NCBI GenBank assembly: GCA_963758635.1
Contig: CAVWWD010000008.1
Span: 320,001-384,000, forward strand
DNA length: 64,000 nt
Direction of reading: 5' to 3'
Origin: an uncultured Candidatus Rokubacteria bacterium
GTDB taxonomy: Bacteria; Methylomirabilota; Methylomirabilia; Rokubacteriales; CSP1-6
The position numbers and the translations under genes were made by a program. Positions 10,296-23,112 of the stretch are shown here, one piece after another. The notes below the pieces were generated by a model. The model had not been told where the DNA came from and did not search any database. It saw only the letters and a list, made by a program, of their open reading frames with translations. The stretch's first letter is position 1. Every line of letters begins with the position of its first letter.

Positions 10296-10301
10296 CAATC
10301 A

Positions 10302-11285
10302 ATGAGCCTCTCCGAGCACCTCGCCGCTCAGACGAAGGCGCTCCCCCCGGGACAGGCCGCCGGCGTCACGTCCATCCTCGAAGCCATCGCGCGCGTCGCC
10401 ATCCTCATCGAGCAGGAGCTGGCCCATGCCGCCGTCCGCGGGCGCCTGGGCGCGGCGGGGGGACAGAACGTCACGGGCGACGTTGTGAAGAAGCTCGACC
10501 TCTGGGGCCACGAGGCGGTGGAGGCGGCGCTCCGCGCGACGGGGCGGTGCGCCGCGTACGTCTCGGAAGAGGCCGCGGAGCCGATCGAGATGGCCGGCGG
10601 CGCCGACGGCATCGTGGTCTGCTGCGATCCCGTCGATGGCTCGTCGAACCTGGACGTGGGCGGCTGCGTGGGCACGATCTTCTCGCTCCGCGCGGGCCGC
10701 GGCGCGCAGCCCGCCGGCCCCGCCGCCCTCGGGACGGTCGATGACCAGCTCGCCGCCGGCTACGTGCTCTACGGGCCGGCCACGACGCTGGTCTACACGA
10801 CGGGGACGGGCACCCACGGCTTCACCCTCGATCGTGACCGCGGCGCCTGGGTGCTGGCGAACCCGGACATCCGCGTGCCCCGGCGCGGCAAGACCTACGG
10901 CATCAACGAGGGCAACGCGAGCACGTGGCACCCCGGCCAGCGCGCGTTCGTCGAGCACCTGAAGACCGCCGACAAGGCGAGCGGCCGTCCGTACTCGCTC
11001 CGGTACTCGGGCGCCATGGTGGCGGACGTGCACCGGACGCTCCTGGACGGCGGCATCTTCATGTACCCCGCCGACATGACCGATCCGGCGAAGCCGAAGC
11101 CGAAGCTCCGCCTCCTCTACGAGGTGGCGCCGATGGCGTTCGTGGCCGAGCAGGCGGGAGGGCGCGCCAGCACGGGTACCGGGCGCTGCCTCGATCTCGC
11201 CGCCAAGGAGTATCACCAGCGGGCCTCGATCCTCGTGGGGAGCCCCGACGACGTGGCGCTCGCCGAAGAGTTCTATCGCCGATAA
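10302..11285 (+). CDS. fbp: Fructose-1,6-bisphosphatase class I
   Basis: SEE, DPVDGSSN, VGTIFS, RYSGAMVADVHR, KLRLLYE. Confidence 0.95.
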   Translation: MSLSEHLAAQTKALPPGQAAGVTSILEAIARVAILIEQELAHAAVRGRLGAAGGQNVTGDVVKKLDLWGHEAVEAALRATGRCAAYVSEEAAEPIEMAGGADGIVVCCDPVDGSSNLDVGGCVGTIFSLRAGRGAQPAGPAALGTVDDQLAAGYVLYGPATTLVYTTGTGTHGFTLDRDRGAWVLANPDIRVPRRGKTYGINEGNASTWHPGQRAFVEHLKTADKASGRPYSLRYSGAMVADVHRTLLDGGIFMYPADMTDPAKPKPKLRLLYEVAPMAFVAEQAGGRASTGTGRCLDLAAKEYHQRASILVGSPDDVALAEEFYRR

Positions 11286-11314
11286 CCCCATCGACGAGAA
11301 AGGACGGGCCGACA

Positions 11315-12241
11315 ATGGGCAACCGCGTTCGCGAGATCCTGAGCTGGTACGGAAGTGATTGTCCCGGCACGCGGACCAACCTGGCCCGCCTGCTGAACCA
11401 CGGCCGGCTGGCCGGGACCGGCCGCCTCGTCATCCTTCCCGTGGACCAGGGCTTCGAGCACGGGCCCGCGCGGAGCTTCGCCGTGAACCCGCCGGCCTAC
11501 GATCCCTCGTATCACTTCCGCCTCGCGCTCGACGCCGGGTGCAACGCCTACGCGGCGCCGCTCGGCTTCCTCGAGGCGGCCGCGGCGGAGTTCGCCGGCG
11601 AGATCCCGCTGATCCTCAAGATGAACAACCACGACGTGCTCCACGACGAGAAGGACCCGCTCTCCGCGGTCACGGCGTCGGTCAAGGACGCGCTCCGGCT
11701 CGGCTGCGTGGCGGTCGGGTTCACCATCTATCCCGGATCCTCGGCGGCGCAGACCATGTACGAGCAGTGCCGCGAGATGATCCTGGAGGCCAAGTCGAAC
11801 GGCCTCGCCGCCGTCGTGTGGTCCTATCCGCGCGGCAGCGACATCAGCAAGGCGGGCGAGACGGCGGTGGACGTGGTGGCCTACGCCGCGCAGATCGCCG
11901 CCCAGCTCGGCGCCCACGTCATCAAGGTGAAGCCGCCCACCGAGCACATCGAGCTGGCCGAGGCCAAGAAGGCGTACGACAAGGCCGGCGTGCCCATCGG
12001 CACGCTCGCCGAGCGCGTGCGGCACGTCGTGCAGTCGGCGTTCGACGGCCGCCGCATCGTGATCTTCTCCGGCGGCGCCACCCGCGAGAACGACGAGGCC
12101 ATCTTCGAGGAATGCCGCGCCATCCGCGACGGCGGCGGCTTCGGGTCCATCATCGGCCGCAACTCGTTCCAGCGGCCGCGCGAGCGGGCCCTCGGCTTCC
12201 TCGACACCGTGATGAAGATCTACTCCGGCGAGGTGAAGTAG
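11315..12241 (+). CDS. fbaB: Class I fructose-bisphosphate aldolase
   Basis: ILPVDQGFEHGP, VWSYPRG, HVIKVK, FSGG, SIIGRNSFQR. Confidence 0.93.
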   Translation: MGNRVREILSWYGSDCPGTRTNLARLLNHGRLAGTGRLVILPVDQGFEHGPARSFAVNPPAYDPSYHFRLALDAGCNAYAAPLGFLEAAAAEFAGEIPLILKMNNHDVLHDEKDPLSAVTASVKDALRLGCVAVGFTIYPGSSAAQTMYEQCREMILEAKSNGLAAVVWSYPRGSDISKAGETAVDVVAYAAQIAAQLGAHVIKVKPPTEHIELAEAKKAYDKAGVPIGTLAERVRHVVQSAFDGRRIVIFSGGATRENDEAIFEECRAIRDGGGFGSIIGRNSFQRPRERALGFLDTVMKIYSGEVK

Positions 12242-12280
12242 GCCCGCCGGTCGCCGCGTGTCGCCCGCCGCGCCCGGCGA

Positions 12281-12314
12281 GAAAGGCGTCCGGAACCCTC
12301 TCGGACGCTCTTTC
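12281..12314 (+). terminator. Hairpin after fbaB
   Basis: gaaag-gcgtccg...cggacgc-tctttc inverted repeat. Confidence 0.45.
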
Positions 12315-12367
12315 GAGCCGGGGCGGCGCTCCACCGGTGAACCCCATCGCGCTGTCCTGACGCCTCC

Positions 12368-12748
12368 TTGACACGCCGGTCGTCGATGCGTCGCCATGAG
12401 GCGTGCACGTGGGGGGCGCCCCTGCGCCGTCGAGCGCTCGCGGCCGTCGCCTACCTCCTGGCCGCGGTCACGCCTCTCGCCGCTCAGGCGCAGGAGACCG
12501 GGAAGGTCCCGCGCGTCGGCATGCTGACGTTGGCGCCCTCGCCTCTCGTGGAGGCCTTCAAGCAAGGAATGCGCGACCTGGGCTATGTCGAGGGTAAGAA
12601 CGTCGTCGTCGAGTACCGGTTCGCGGAAGGACGGGAGGAGCGGGTCCCCGGCCTGGTCGCCGACCTCGTCCGTCTCGAGGTGGACGTCATCGTCGCCGCC
12701 AGCCATGGCGCGGTAGCGGTCAGGCAGGCGACGACCACCATCGAGTGA
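12368..12748 (+). pseudogene. Truncated ABC transporter substrate-binding protein (ABC_sub_bind), N-terminal third only
   Basis: KVPRVGML...EAFKQGMRDLGYVEGKNVVVEYRFAEG...LVRLEVDVIVA...ATTTI followed by a stop. Confidence 0.75.
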
Positions 12749-15700
12749 GCGACATGCGCCCCTTCACCGCTCCCGTGACGATCGTCGCCCTTCTGCTCGC
12801 GCTTCTCTCCGCGCCGGGGTCCGCGGCGGCCGCCGACGCTACGGTCGCCGGCTTCAGCCCGCAGGGCACGGTCAAGGACGTCCGGCAGGCGGCGGCGCGC
12901 TTCTCGGAGCCGATGGTGGCCTTCGGCGATCCGCGCGGTGCGCCCGATCCCTTCGTCGTGCAGTGCCCGGAGCCCGGGACGGGCCGCTGGGTCGATCCCC
13001 GGCAGTGGGTGTACGACTTCGCGCGCGACCTTCCCGGCGGTCTCCGTTGCACGTTCCAGCTCCGGCCCGGCCTGCAGACGCTCGACGGGCGGCCGGTCAC
13101 GGCGCCCGGCGCCTTCACGTTCACGACCGGCGGCCCGTCCATCCGCGACTCCACCCCGCGCGCCGGATCGGAGTGGATCGACGAGGAGCAGGCGTTCCTG
13201 CTCGTCCTCGACGCCGCGCCCACGCCGGAATCGCTCGAGCGCCACGTGGGCTTCAGCGTGGAGGGGCTGCCGCAGCGCATCGGCGCGCGCGTTGTCACCG
13301 GCGCGCCACGCAACGCCATTGTCCGCACGCGCTATCCGCGGGGCTCGGCGCCCGGGCCGCTGGTCGTGGTGCTGCAGCCGCGCCAGCGGCTGCCGAACGG
13401 GGCTCGCGTGTCGCTCGTGTGGGGCAAGGACGTGGCCTCGTCGGGCGGCGTGGCCTCGGCGCAGGACCAGGTGCTCCAGTTCAAGGTCCGCCCCCCGTTC
13501 ACCGCCTCGTTCGAGTGCGAGCGCGAGCGACGGGATGCGGGCTGCGTGCCGGTGTCGGCCATGCGCGTGCGTTTCTCCGCCCCCGTGGCCCTGGCCGATG
13601 CCCGGCGCGTCGTGCTCCGGGGGCCGGGCGGGCAGTCGTGGGCCCCCGCGCTCGCCAAGGCGTCCGCCTCCCACGTGGACGGCCTGTCCTTCACGCCGCC
13701 GTTTCCCGAGAGCGCCGCGTTCACCCTCGAGCTGCCCGCCGGCCTTCGCGACGAGTCGGGGCGGTCCCTGGGCAACGCGGCCCGCTTCCCCCTCGCCGTG
13801 CGCACCGAGGCGTTCCCGCCGCTCGCCAAGTTCTCCGCGCGCTTCGGCATCGTCGAGCTGAAGGCGGAGCCCGCGCTGCCCGTCACGCTCCGCAACCTCG
13901 AGCCCGGAGCTTCGCGCGCGCATGGCCGTGGTGCCCGGCGGCCCGCGGCGGCCTCGGCGAGCAGGTGCGCGGGCGCCTGTTTCGCATCCCGCCGGAGCGG
14001 AGCGCCGCGGAGATCCTGGGCTGGATCCGCCGGGTGTCCGGCGCCGACCGTGAGGCCTCGCTCTTCGCCGACGCGAGCGGCGACGCCCGCCCCGAGCCCG
14101 TTCAACCTGCCCAAGCCGAGCGGCCCCCAGCCGATGGAGGTGGTGGGGATCCCCCTGCGTGAGGCCGGTTTCTACGTGGTCGAGCTGGAGAGCCCGCGCC
14201 TCGGCGCGGCGCTGCTCGGCAAGGCCAGGCCGATGTACGTGCCCGCGGCCGCGCTCGTGACCAACCTCTCGGTGCACCTGAAGTGGGGCAAGGAGAGCTC
14301 GCTCGTGTGGGTGACGGCGCTCGACCGCGGCCGCCCGGTGGCGGGCGCGCGCGTCGCCGTGCACGACTGCACGGGCAAGGCAGCTCTGGCGCGGGCCCGA
14401 CGGATCGGACGGCATCGCGCGCGTCGGCGCGCTCCCCGCGCGCGCGCCGACGCCTGGCGCGCTGCAAGGAGCCGCCCGGGAAGCCGTGGGCGGAGACGTT
14501 CGGCAACTTCGCGGGCGGCCTCTTCGTGACCGCGCAGACGCCCGACGACCTGTGCTTCGTGCACTCGAGCTGGGACCAGGGCATCGAGCCGTGGCGATGG
14601 CAGTTCCCGACCAACGGCGAGGACGCCGCGCTGACCGCGCACACGATCCTCGACCGCCCGCTCTTCCGGGCCGGCGAGACCGTGCACATGAAGCACGTGC
14701 TCCGCCTCGGGACGCAGCGCGGCCTGGCGCTGGCGCCGCCGGACAGGCGGCCGACGAAGCTGGTCATCCGCCATCTCGGCAGCGACGAGAACTACGAGCT
14801 GCCGCTCGCATGGGATGCGGCCGGCGTCGCCGAGCACGCGTGGCCGATCCCCGCCGGCGCCAGGCTCGGCAGCTACGAGATCTCCATGGAGCGACCGGCG
14901 CCGGCGGCCCGGCCGGGCCGGGCTCAGGGAGAAGGCCAGGAGGAGGAGGGTCCGCGGAGCTTCACGTCGGGCGGGTTCCAGGTGCAGGAGTTCCGCGTGC
15001 CCCTCATGCGCGGCACGCTTCGGCCGCCCACCGAGCCGCTCGTCGCCGCGTCCGCGTTCCCGGTGGACATCGCCGTGCAGTACCTCGCCGGCGGCGGCGC
15101 CGGCCGTCATGCCGCCACCCTGCGGGCGCAGGTGCGGCCGCGCGGAACGCCGGGCTTCGAGGGCTACGACGAGTTCGTCATCGCCAACGGCGCCGCTCAA
15201 GGAGGGCGATCACCCGCCGCGGCGCGCGTCGAGGACGAGGGCGACGAGGCGGCCCCCGACCCCTCGCCCGCCGCCGCCGTGCACCAGCGCCAGGAGCTGA
15301 CGCTCGACGCGGCAGGGACGGCGCGGGCCACCGTGACCGATCTGCCGAAGGCCGCCGTGCCGCAGACCGTCCTCACCGAGCTGGAGTTCCGCGATCCGAA
15401 CGGCGAGGCGCAGACGGTGTCGGCGCGCGTCCCGCTCTGGCCCGCGCGCTGGCTGGTGGGCATCCGGCCCCGGGCGTGGGCCGCCTCGCGCGAGAGCGTG
15501 CGCGCCGACGTGGTCGTGCTGGACGTGGCGGGCAAGCCGGTCGCCGGCGCGCCGGTGGCGGTCGACGTCCTCGAGCGGAAGCTCTTCTCGCACCGAAAGC
15601 GCCTGGTCGGCGGCTTCTACGCGTACGAGCACGTGGACGAGGTGCGCGCGGTGGGCGCGCTGTGCCGCGGCGTCACCGACGCGCGCGGACGGCTCGCGTG

Positions 15701-18518
15701 CGAGGGCAAGCCTCCCGCCGAGGGGCGGCTCGTGCTGCAGGCCGCCATCGCCGATCCCGAGGGGCGCTCCTCGGCCGCCCACGTGGAAGTCTGGGTGGCC
15801 GGCTCGGCGGAATGGTGGTTCGAGCAGCGGGAGAGCGATCGCATCGACCTCCTGCCCGAGCGGCGCCGCTACGAGCCGGGCGAGACGGCGCGCCTGCAGG
15901 TGCGGATGCCGTTCCGGGCCGCCACCGCGCTCGTCACCGTGGAGCGCGAAGGCGTGCTCGACGCGCGCGTCGTCCCGCTCTCGGGCCGGGAGCCGGTGAT
16001 CGAGCTGCCGATCCAGGCGGCGTGGGCGCCCAACGTCTTCGTCTCCGCGCTCGTGGTCCGCGGCCGCGTCGGCGACGTGCAGCCGACCGCGCTGGTCGAC
16101 CTGGGCCGCCCCGCGTTCAAGCTCGGCATCGCCGAGGTGCGCGTGGGGTGGCGCGCCCACGAGCTCAAGGTGACGGTGGCCGCGGACCGCCCGATATACC
16201 GCACGCGCGAGCGGGCACAGGTGCGCGTGAGCGTGCGCACGGCGGACGGCAAGGCTCCGCCGCCGGGCAGCGAGGTGGCGCTCGCCGCCGTGGACGAGGG
16301 GCTCCTCGAGCTGGCGGCGAACCGGAGCTGGGACGTGCTCGAGGCGATGATGCGCCCGCGGAGCTACGCGGTCGAGACGGCGACGGCGCAGGGCCACGTG
16401 GTCGGCAAGCGCCACTTCGGCCGGAAGGCGGTGCCGCCCGGCGGGGGCGGCGGCCGCGCCACCACGCGCGAGCTGTTCGACACGCTGCTGCTCTGGAAGG
16501 GGCGCGTGGCGCTCGACGCCACCGGCGAGGCGCGCGTCGAGGTGCCGCTGAACGACTCGATCACGTCGTTCCGGATCGTCGCCGTGGCGACGGGCGGGGT
16601 CGGACGCTTCGGCACCGGCGCCACCTCGATCCGCGCGACCCAGGACCTGATGGTGCTGCCGGGCATCGCGCCGGTCGTCCGCGAGGGCGACCGCGTCGCC
16701 GCCGAGGTCACGCTGCGCAATGCCACGCAGCGACCGATGCAGGTGCACCTGACCGGGCGCGTGGCCGGCCTCGCCGAGGCGCTGGCGCCGCGCGACGTGG
16801 CGCTGGCGCCGGGCGAGGCCCGGGCGGTTGGCTGGGACGTCACGGTTCCCGCCGGGGTGAGCGCGCTCGGCTGGGAGATCGAGGCCGCGGAGCGCGGGGC
16901 GGCCCCGGCGCGCGCGGCGGATCGGCTGCGGGTGACCCAGCGCGTGGCGCCCGCGGTGCCGGTGCGCGTGTACCAGGCCACGCTCGAGCAGCTCGACCGG
17001 CCGCTCCGGGTCACGGTCGAGCGCCCGGCCGACGCGCTGGCGGGAGCGGGCGGGGTGGCGGTGCGTCTCGCGCCGACCCTCACCGAGGGCCTGGTCACCG
17101 TGCGGGACTGGATGGCCCGCTATCCCTACACGTGCCTCGAGCAGCAGGTGTCGCGCGCCGTGGCGCTGCGCGACGAGAAGCGCTGGCGCGAGATCGCCGG
17201 CGAGCTGCCGGCCTTCCAGGACGGCGACGGGCTCCTCAAGTACTTCCCGACGATGACCTGGGGCAGCGAGATCCTCACCGCCTACGTCCTCGCGGTCTCC
17301 CACGAGGCGGGCTGGACGCTCCCGGCGGAGGTCCAGACGCGCGCCGAGGCGGGGCTCAAGGCCTTCGTCAAGGGCACGCTGCGCCAGCGGCGAGCCGCTC
17401 CTCACCGCGGACCTCTCGATCCGCAAGCTCGCCGCGATCGAGGCGCTCTCGCGCTTCGGCAAGGCCGAGCCGGAGCTCCTCGGCAGCCTCATGATCGAGC
17501 CCGCGCTCTGGCCGACCTCCGCGCGTGCTGGACTGGTGGAGCGTGCTGCACCGGATGCGCAGCGCCCCGAGCCGGGCGCCCCGTCTGGCCGAGGCCGAGC
17601 AGATCCTCCGCGCCCGCCTCAACGTGCAGGGGACCACGCTCGGCTTCTCCACGGAGAAGAGCGACGGCCTCTGGTGGCTCATGGTGTCCGCCGACGGCAA
17701 CGCGGCGCGGCTGATCCTGCACCTGCTCGAGAGCGGCCAGTGGCGCGACGAGGTCCCGCGGCTCGTGCGCGGCGCCCTCGGACGCCGCCGCGGCGGGCAC
17801 TGGGACCTGACGGTGGCCAACGCGTGGGCCACGCTGGCGGTGGAGAAGTTCTCGCGCGCGTTCGAGGCGACGCCGGTGGCGGGCGCCAGCACCGCGACGC
17901 TGGCGGGAACCGCGCGCCGGATCGACTGGACGGCTGGCGCCGAAGGGCGGGCAGGCCACGTTCCCGTGGCCGGCGCGCCGCGACGACGTGGTGGTGGAGC
18001 ACGCCGGGACGGGCCGCCCGTGGGTCACGGTCGAGTCGCGCGCCGCGGTGCCGCTACGCGCCCCGCTGTCGAGCGGCTACCGGATCGGCGCGGACGCTCG
18101 ACGCTGGTCGAGGGCGCGCGCCCCGCCGAGCCGCGCGCACCGGGACAGTGGCGGCGCGGCGACCTCGTGCGCGTCACGCTCGAGGTGGAGGCGCAGGCCG
18201 ACATGACGTGGGTGGTGGTCGACGATCCGATCCCGGCCGGCGCCTCCCACGTGGGCAGCGGTCTGGCGCGGGACTCGGCCATCGCGCGGGCGGGCGAGCG
18301 GCAGGCTGGCCGGGCGTGGCCCGCGTTCCAGGAGCGCGGGTTCGAGGGATTCCGCGCGTACTACGAGTACGCTGCCGAAGGGGACATTCACGCTCTCGTA
18401 CACGCTGCGGCTGAACCAGGCCGGCCGCTTCCAGCTCCCGACCACCCGGGTCGAGGCGCTCTACGCGCCCGAGGCGTTCGGAGAGCTTCCCAACGCCGCG
18501 ATCGAGGTGCTGCCGTGA
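12745..18518 (+). CDS. Bacterial alpha-2-macroglobulin (YfhM/MG2 family); several indels
   Basis: LDRPLFRAGETVHMK, FQVQEFRVP, YEPGETA, LAAVDEGLL, thioester YPYTCLEQ (CLEQ at 17133-17144), VDDPIPAG, VEALYAPE. Confidence 0.9.
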
Positions 18519-20701
18519 GCCGTCGCCAGGCCGTGCTCGCCGGCGGCGGCATCGCCGCCCTCGTCGCGGGCGGCGTGGCGCTCTGGCTCTTCGTCCTCGC
18601 GGCGCCGGGTCCGGTGCCCTCGTTCGCCCAGGTGCGATCGCGGCATCGGCCCTCCGATCTGCGGCTCCTGGACCGCCACGGCGAGGTGATCCACGAGCAC
18701 CGGACGGATCCCCAGCGCCGGCGCCTGCGCTGGACCCGCCTGGACGAGGTCTCGCCCGCGCTGCGCGCCGCCGTGCTGGAGGCCGAGGATCGCCGGTTCC
18801 TGCGCCACGCGGGCGTCGACACGTACGCCGTCGCCGCCGCCGTCCTCGAGCGGCTGACCGGCCGGGGCGCGCGCGGGGCCAGCACGGTGACGATGCAGCT
18901 GGCCGCCTTCCTCGACCCGGGCCTGCGCCATCGCGGCGAGGCGCGGACGCTCGTCCAGAAGTGGCGGCAGATGCGGCTGGCGCTGGCCATCGAGAAGGGC
19001 TGGACCAAGGACGGAGATCCTGGAGGCCTACCTCAACCTGGCGACGTTCCGCGGCGAGCTGGATGGGATCCGCGCGGCGGCGAGCCTGCTCTTCGCCAAG
19101 GAGCCGCACGGCATCACCGAGGCCGAGGCCGCGGTGCTCGCCGCGCTCCTGCGCGCGCCCAACGCGCGGCCGGACGCGGTGGCCCGTCGCGCCGGCGGGC
19201 TGGCCGGCCGCCTCGGCTCTCGCCTAGGCGCCTCCGCGCTGGACTCGGCGGTGGCGATCGCCATGGCTCCGGCGCCGGGACCGGGGCCCCGCGTGGCGCT
19301 CGCGCCGCACGCGGCGGCGCGCCTGGCGCCGGCCTGGGGGCGCGGCGCGCCCTCCGGCGCGGACGTCGCGTCCACCCTCGACGCGGCGGTCCAGCAGGCG
19401 GCGGCCGAGGCGCTCAGGCGCCACCTCACCGCCGTGCGCGCGCGCGGCGTCAGGGACGGCGCGGTGCTGGTGGTCGACAACGACAGCGGCGACGTGCTCG
19501 CCTACGTGCGGCGGCGATCCCGAGCGCGGCAGCGCGCGGTACGTGAGCGGCATCCACGCGCGGCGCCAGGCCGGCTCGTCGCTCAAGCCGTTCCTCTACG
19601 CGCTGGCCTTCGACGAGCGGCTTCTCACGCCGGCCTCGCTCCTCGAGGACTCGCCGCTCGAGATCGCCGTGGCGGGCGGCCTCTACCGGCCGCGGAACTA
19701 CGACGGCGAGTTTCGCGGGCTCGTCAGCGCGCGCACGGCGCTGGCCTCGTCGCTGAACGTGCCCGCGGTGCGGGCGCTCGACCTCGCGGGGGTGGAGGCA
19801 GCCCTCGACCGGCTCCGGCGGCTCGGCTTCTCCGGGCTCGTCGAGGACGGCGACTTCTACGGGCCGTCGCTGGCGCTGGGATCGGCCGACGTGAGCCTCT
19901 GGGAGCTGGTCGGCGCGTATCGGGCGCTCGCCCGCGGGGGCGTGTGGAGCCCGATCCGGCTCTCGCCCGCCGACCCCGCGGAGCCCGTCCGCCGCGTGTA
20001 CTCGGCCGAGGCCGCCCACCTGGTAGGCCACATCCTGGCCGACCGCGAGAGCCGCGGCGCCACCTTCGGGCTCGAGAGCCCGCTCGCCACTCCGTTCTGG
20101 ACCGCGGTGAAGACCGGCACCAGCAAGGAGATGCGCGACAACTGGTGCGTGGGGTTCTCCCGCCGCTACACGGTCGGGGTCTGGGTGGGCAACTTCTCCG
20201 GCGAGCCCATGCGCGACGTGAGCGGGGTCACGGGCGCCGCGCCGATCTGGTCCGACCTGATGGCGTGGCTCCACCGGTCGGCGCCGAGCCGTCCGCCCGC
20301 CGCGCCCGCGGGTGTCGTATCGCGCCCGATCCGGTTCCCCGCCGGGTCCGAGCCGCGCCGGCGTCGAGTGGTTCCTGGCCGGGACCGAGCCGGACGCGGC
20401 CACGCCGGCCCCCGCCGCCGGCCGAGCGCGGATCGTCGCGCCGGTGGGCGGCACCGTGATCGCCCTCGATCCGGACATCCCGCGCGACCTGCAGCGGGTG
20501 GTGCTGGAGGCGACCGGACCGACGGCGGGCGCCCGCTTCACGGTGGATGGGCAGCCGGTCGGGTCGGGGGGCGGCCTCGTCGTGTGGCCGCCCGTCCCCG
20601 GCCGTCACGTGGTGGCGCTCCTGGACGCCGACGACCGCGAGGTGGACCGGGTGCGGATCGAGGTCCGGGGTCCGGGGAGCTCGCGCGCTCCCCGAAAATA
20701 G
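18515..20701 (+). CDS. pbpC: Penicillin-binding protein 1C; indels
   Basis: EAEDRRFLRHAGVD, GASTVTMQLA, RQAGSSLKPF (SxxK), SLNVPAV, KTGTS; directly follows the A2M gene. Confidence 0.9.
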
Positions 20702-20735
20702 GGGGCGCGAGAGGTCGCCCGGTATAATCGCGGCC

Positions 20736-21056
20736 ATGAGAGAGACGCCTTCGCTGCTCAAGCTCACGTCCGTCGCCCTCGTCACGATCCTGATCCTGAC
20801 CTTCGCGGCGCCGGCCAAGGCGGAAGCGATAGACCCGGCGCTCGCGATCAGCCTCGCCGGCCTCGCCGTCGTCGCCGTCATCATCATCGTGTATCTTGTG
20901 GTGGCGAACACACGCGGGCCGAAGATGCAGAGCGAGAGCGAGGAGGCGCCGTCGCGAATGGCGTGCCTCCAGGTCGACGGGGTCACGCAGAGCTGCTGGA
21001 CGGTGGCGGGGACGGCGATGTCGCCCGACCTTCCGGAGGCCGCGCCGCAGTCGTAG
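20736..21056 (+). CDS. Small hypothetical membrane protein
   Basis: Signal peptide plus one TM segment; TATAAT 7 nt upstream of the ATG. Confidence 0.65.
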   Translation: MRETPSLLKLTSVALVTILILTFAAPAKAEAIDPALAISLAGLAVVAVIIIVYLVVANTRGPKMQSESEEAPSRMACLQVDGVTQSCWTVAGTAMSPDLPEAAPQS

Positions 21057-21111
21057 GAGGAGCCCCGCAGGTCTCGCCCGGCTGGTCCCGAGAAAGAGCA
21101 GAGGCGTCCCC

Positions 21112-22788
21112 ATGGCTCACCAGTTCGTCTTCACGCTGAAGGATCTTCGCAAGGTCGTCCCGCCCAAGCGCGAGGTGCTGCGCGGCATCTGGCTGTCGTT
21201 CTTCCCCGGCGCCAAGATCGGCGTGCTCGGCGCCAACGGCGCGGGCAAGAGCACGCTGCTGCGGATCATGGCCGGGGTGGACGGGGACTTCCAGGGCGAG
21301 GTGTGGCGTGCCCCCGACATGCGCATCGGCTACCTGCCGCAGGAGCCGCAGCTCGACCCCGGCCTCGACGTGCGCGGCAACGTGGAGGAGGGCGTGGCCG
21401 AGGTGCGCGGACTCCTCACGCGCTTCGACGAGATCAACGCCCGGCTCGGCGATCCCGAGGCCGCGGACGAGATGGAGGACCTGCTCGAGGAGCAGGCCAA
21501 GGTGCAGGACGCCATCGAGGCGGCCAACGGCTGGGACCTCGACCGGACCGTGGAGATCGCCATGGACGCGCTCCGCGTGCCCGCGGGCGACACGGACGTG
21601 GCCACGCTCTCGGGCGGCGAGCGCCGGCGCGTGGCGCTCTGCCGGCTCCTCCTGTCCAAGCCGGACGTGCTGCTCCTGGACGAGCCCACGAACCACCTCG
21701 ACGCCGAGTCGGTGGCGTGGCTCGAGCGGTACCTGAAGGAGTACCCGGGCACCGTCGTCGCCATCACGCACGACCGGTACTTCCTCGACAACGTGGCGGG
21801 CTGGATCCTCGAGCTGGACCGCGGCGCGGGCATCCCCTGGGAGGGCAACTACTCCTCGTGGCTCGATCAGAAGCGCCAGCGCCTCGCCGTGGAGGAGAAG
21901 CAGGAGACGGCGCGGCAGCGCACGCTCGAGCGCGAGCTCGACTGGGTGCGCATGGCCCCGCGGGCCCGGCAGGCCAAGTCCAAGGCGCGCCTGGCCTCGT
22001 ACGAGCAGCTCCTCGCCGAGGACCGCGAGGCGCGCGAGGGCGCGGCGGAGATCGTGATCCCCAACGGCCCTCGGCTTGGCGACGTGGTCGTCCAGGCCGA
22101 GAAGCTGGTGAAGGGCTACGGCGACCGGCTGCTGATCGACGGGCTCACGATGAGCCTGCCGCGCGGTGGGATCGTCGGCGTGATCGGCGCCAACGGCGCG
22201 GGCAAGACGACGCTCTTCCGCATGATCACGGGCGAGGAAAAGCCGGACGCGGGCGAGCTCCGCGTGGGCGAGTCGGTGCGGGCCGCCTACGTCGACCAGA
22301 GCCGGGACGTTCTCGACGCGAGCCGCACGGTGTGGCAGGAGATCTCCGGCGGCGCCGAGCAGCTCCAGCTCGGCAACCGGCAGGTCGCTTCGCGCGCCTA
22401 CGTGGCCTCGTTCAACTTCAAGGGGGCCGATCAGCAGAAGCGGGTGGGGGACCTCTCGGGCGGCGAGCGGAACCGGGTCCACCTCGCCCGGATGCTCAAG
22501 AGCGGGGGCAACCTGCTGCTGCTCGACGAGCCGACCAACGACCTCGACGTGGACACCCTCCGCGCCCTCGAGGACGCGCTCCTCGACTTCGCGGGGTGCG
22601 TGGTGGTGATCAGCCACGACCGCTGGTTCCTGGACCGCATCGCCACCCACATGCTCGCGTTCGAGGACGAGAGCCAGGTGGTGTGGTTCGAGGGCAACTA
22701 CCAGGACTACGAGGCGGACCGCAAGAAGCGCCTGGGCGCGGCGGCGGACACGCCGCACCGGCTCCGCTACAAGCCGATCAACCGCTAG
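21112..22788 (+). CDS. ettA: Energy-dependent translational throttle protein (ABC-F)
   Basis: [23 protein letters not shown]; two ABC domains; [16 protein letters not shown] at the C-terminus. Confidence 0.96.
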   Translation: MAHQFVFTLKDLRKVVPPKREVLRGIWLSFFPGAKIGVLGANGAGKSTLLRIMAGVDGDFQGEVWRAPDMRIGYLPQEPQLDPGLDVRGNVEEGVAEVRGLLTRFDEINARLGDPEAADEMEDLLEEQAKVQDAIEAANGWDLDRTVEIAMDALRVPAGDTDVATLSGGERRRVALCRLLLSKPDVLLLDEPTNHLDAESVAWLERYLKEYPGTVVAITHDRYFLDNVAGWILELDRGAGIPWEGNYSSWLDQKRQRLAVEEKQETARQRTLERELDWVRMAPRARQAKSKARLASYEQLLAEDREAREGAAEIVIPNGPRLGDVVVQAEKLVKGYGDRLLIDGLTMSLPRGGIVGVIGANGAGKTTLFRMITGEEKPDAGELRVGESVRAAYVDQSRDVLDASRTVWQEISGGAEQLQLGNRQVASRAYVASFNFKGADQQKRVGDLSGGERNRVHLARMLKSGGNLLLLDEPTNDLDVDTLRALEDALLDFAGCVVVISHDRWFLDRIATHMLAFEDESQVVWFEGNYQDYEADRKKRLGAAADTPHRLRYKPINR

Positions 22789-22821
22789 CGTCTCGCGCTC
22801 CAATCCGGTCGCGCGAGGCGC

Positions 22822-22969
22822 GGGGCGGCGGGGAGGCCGCGGGGGTCGCGGAACCACGCCGCACGCGTCCGCTGCCCCGCTGGGACTGGGCTCCATCCGG
22901 GCGCGCTGGGTACGTTGACCGAAGGAGGGGAAGGGCCCCGCGACCCCCGCGGCCTCCCCACCGCCCCAC
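22822..22969 (+). repeat. 148-bp palindromic element, copy A
   Basis: 30-bp terminal inverted repeats; reverse complement of 23611-23758 with 1 mismatch. Confidence 0.92.
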
Positions 22970-23112
22970 TCGTGCCGCTGTTGGCGACGGCGGGCGGCGG
23001 TTAGTCCGCCCACCCAGGGCAGGTCTTGAATTGGACATCTCGCCGGCAGGCGCGAAGCCGCTGCCGATGTCCCGGCGATGGAGGGGCGACGGGCGAATTC
23101 GGGCTCGTCGGC

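Noticed and set aside
22975..23010. Integron attC site (GTTAG motif) next to the small ORF
   Set aside because: No convincing paired R/L boxes and no integrase in the window
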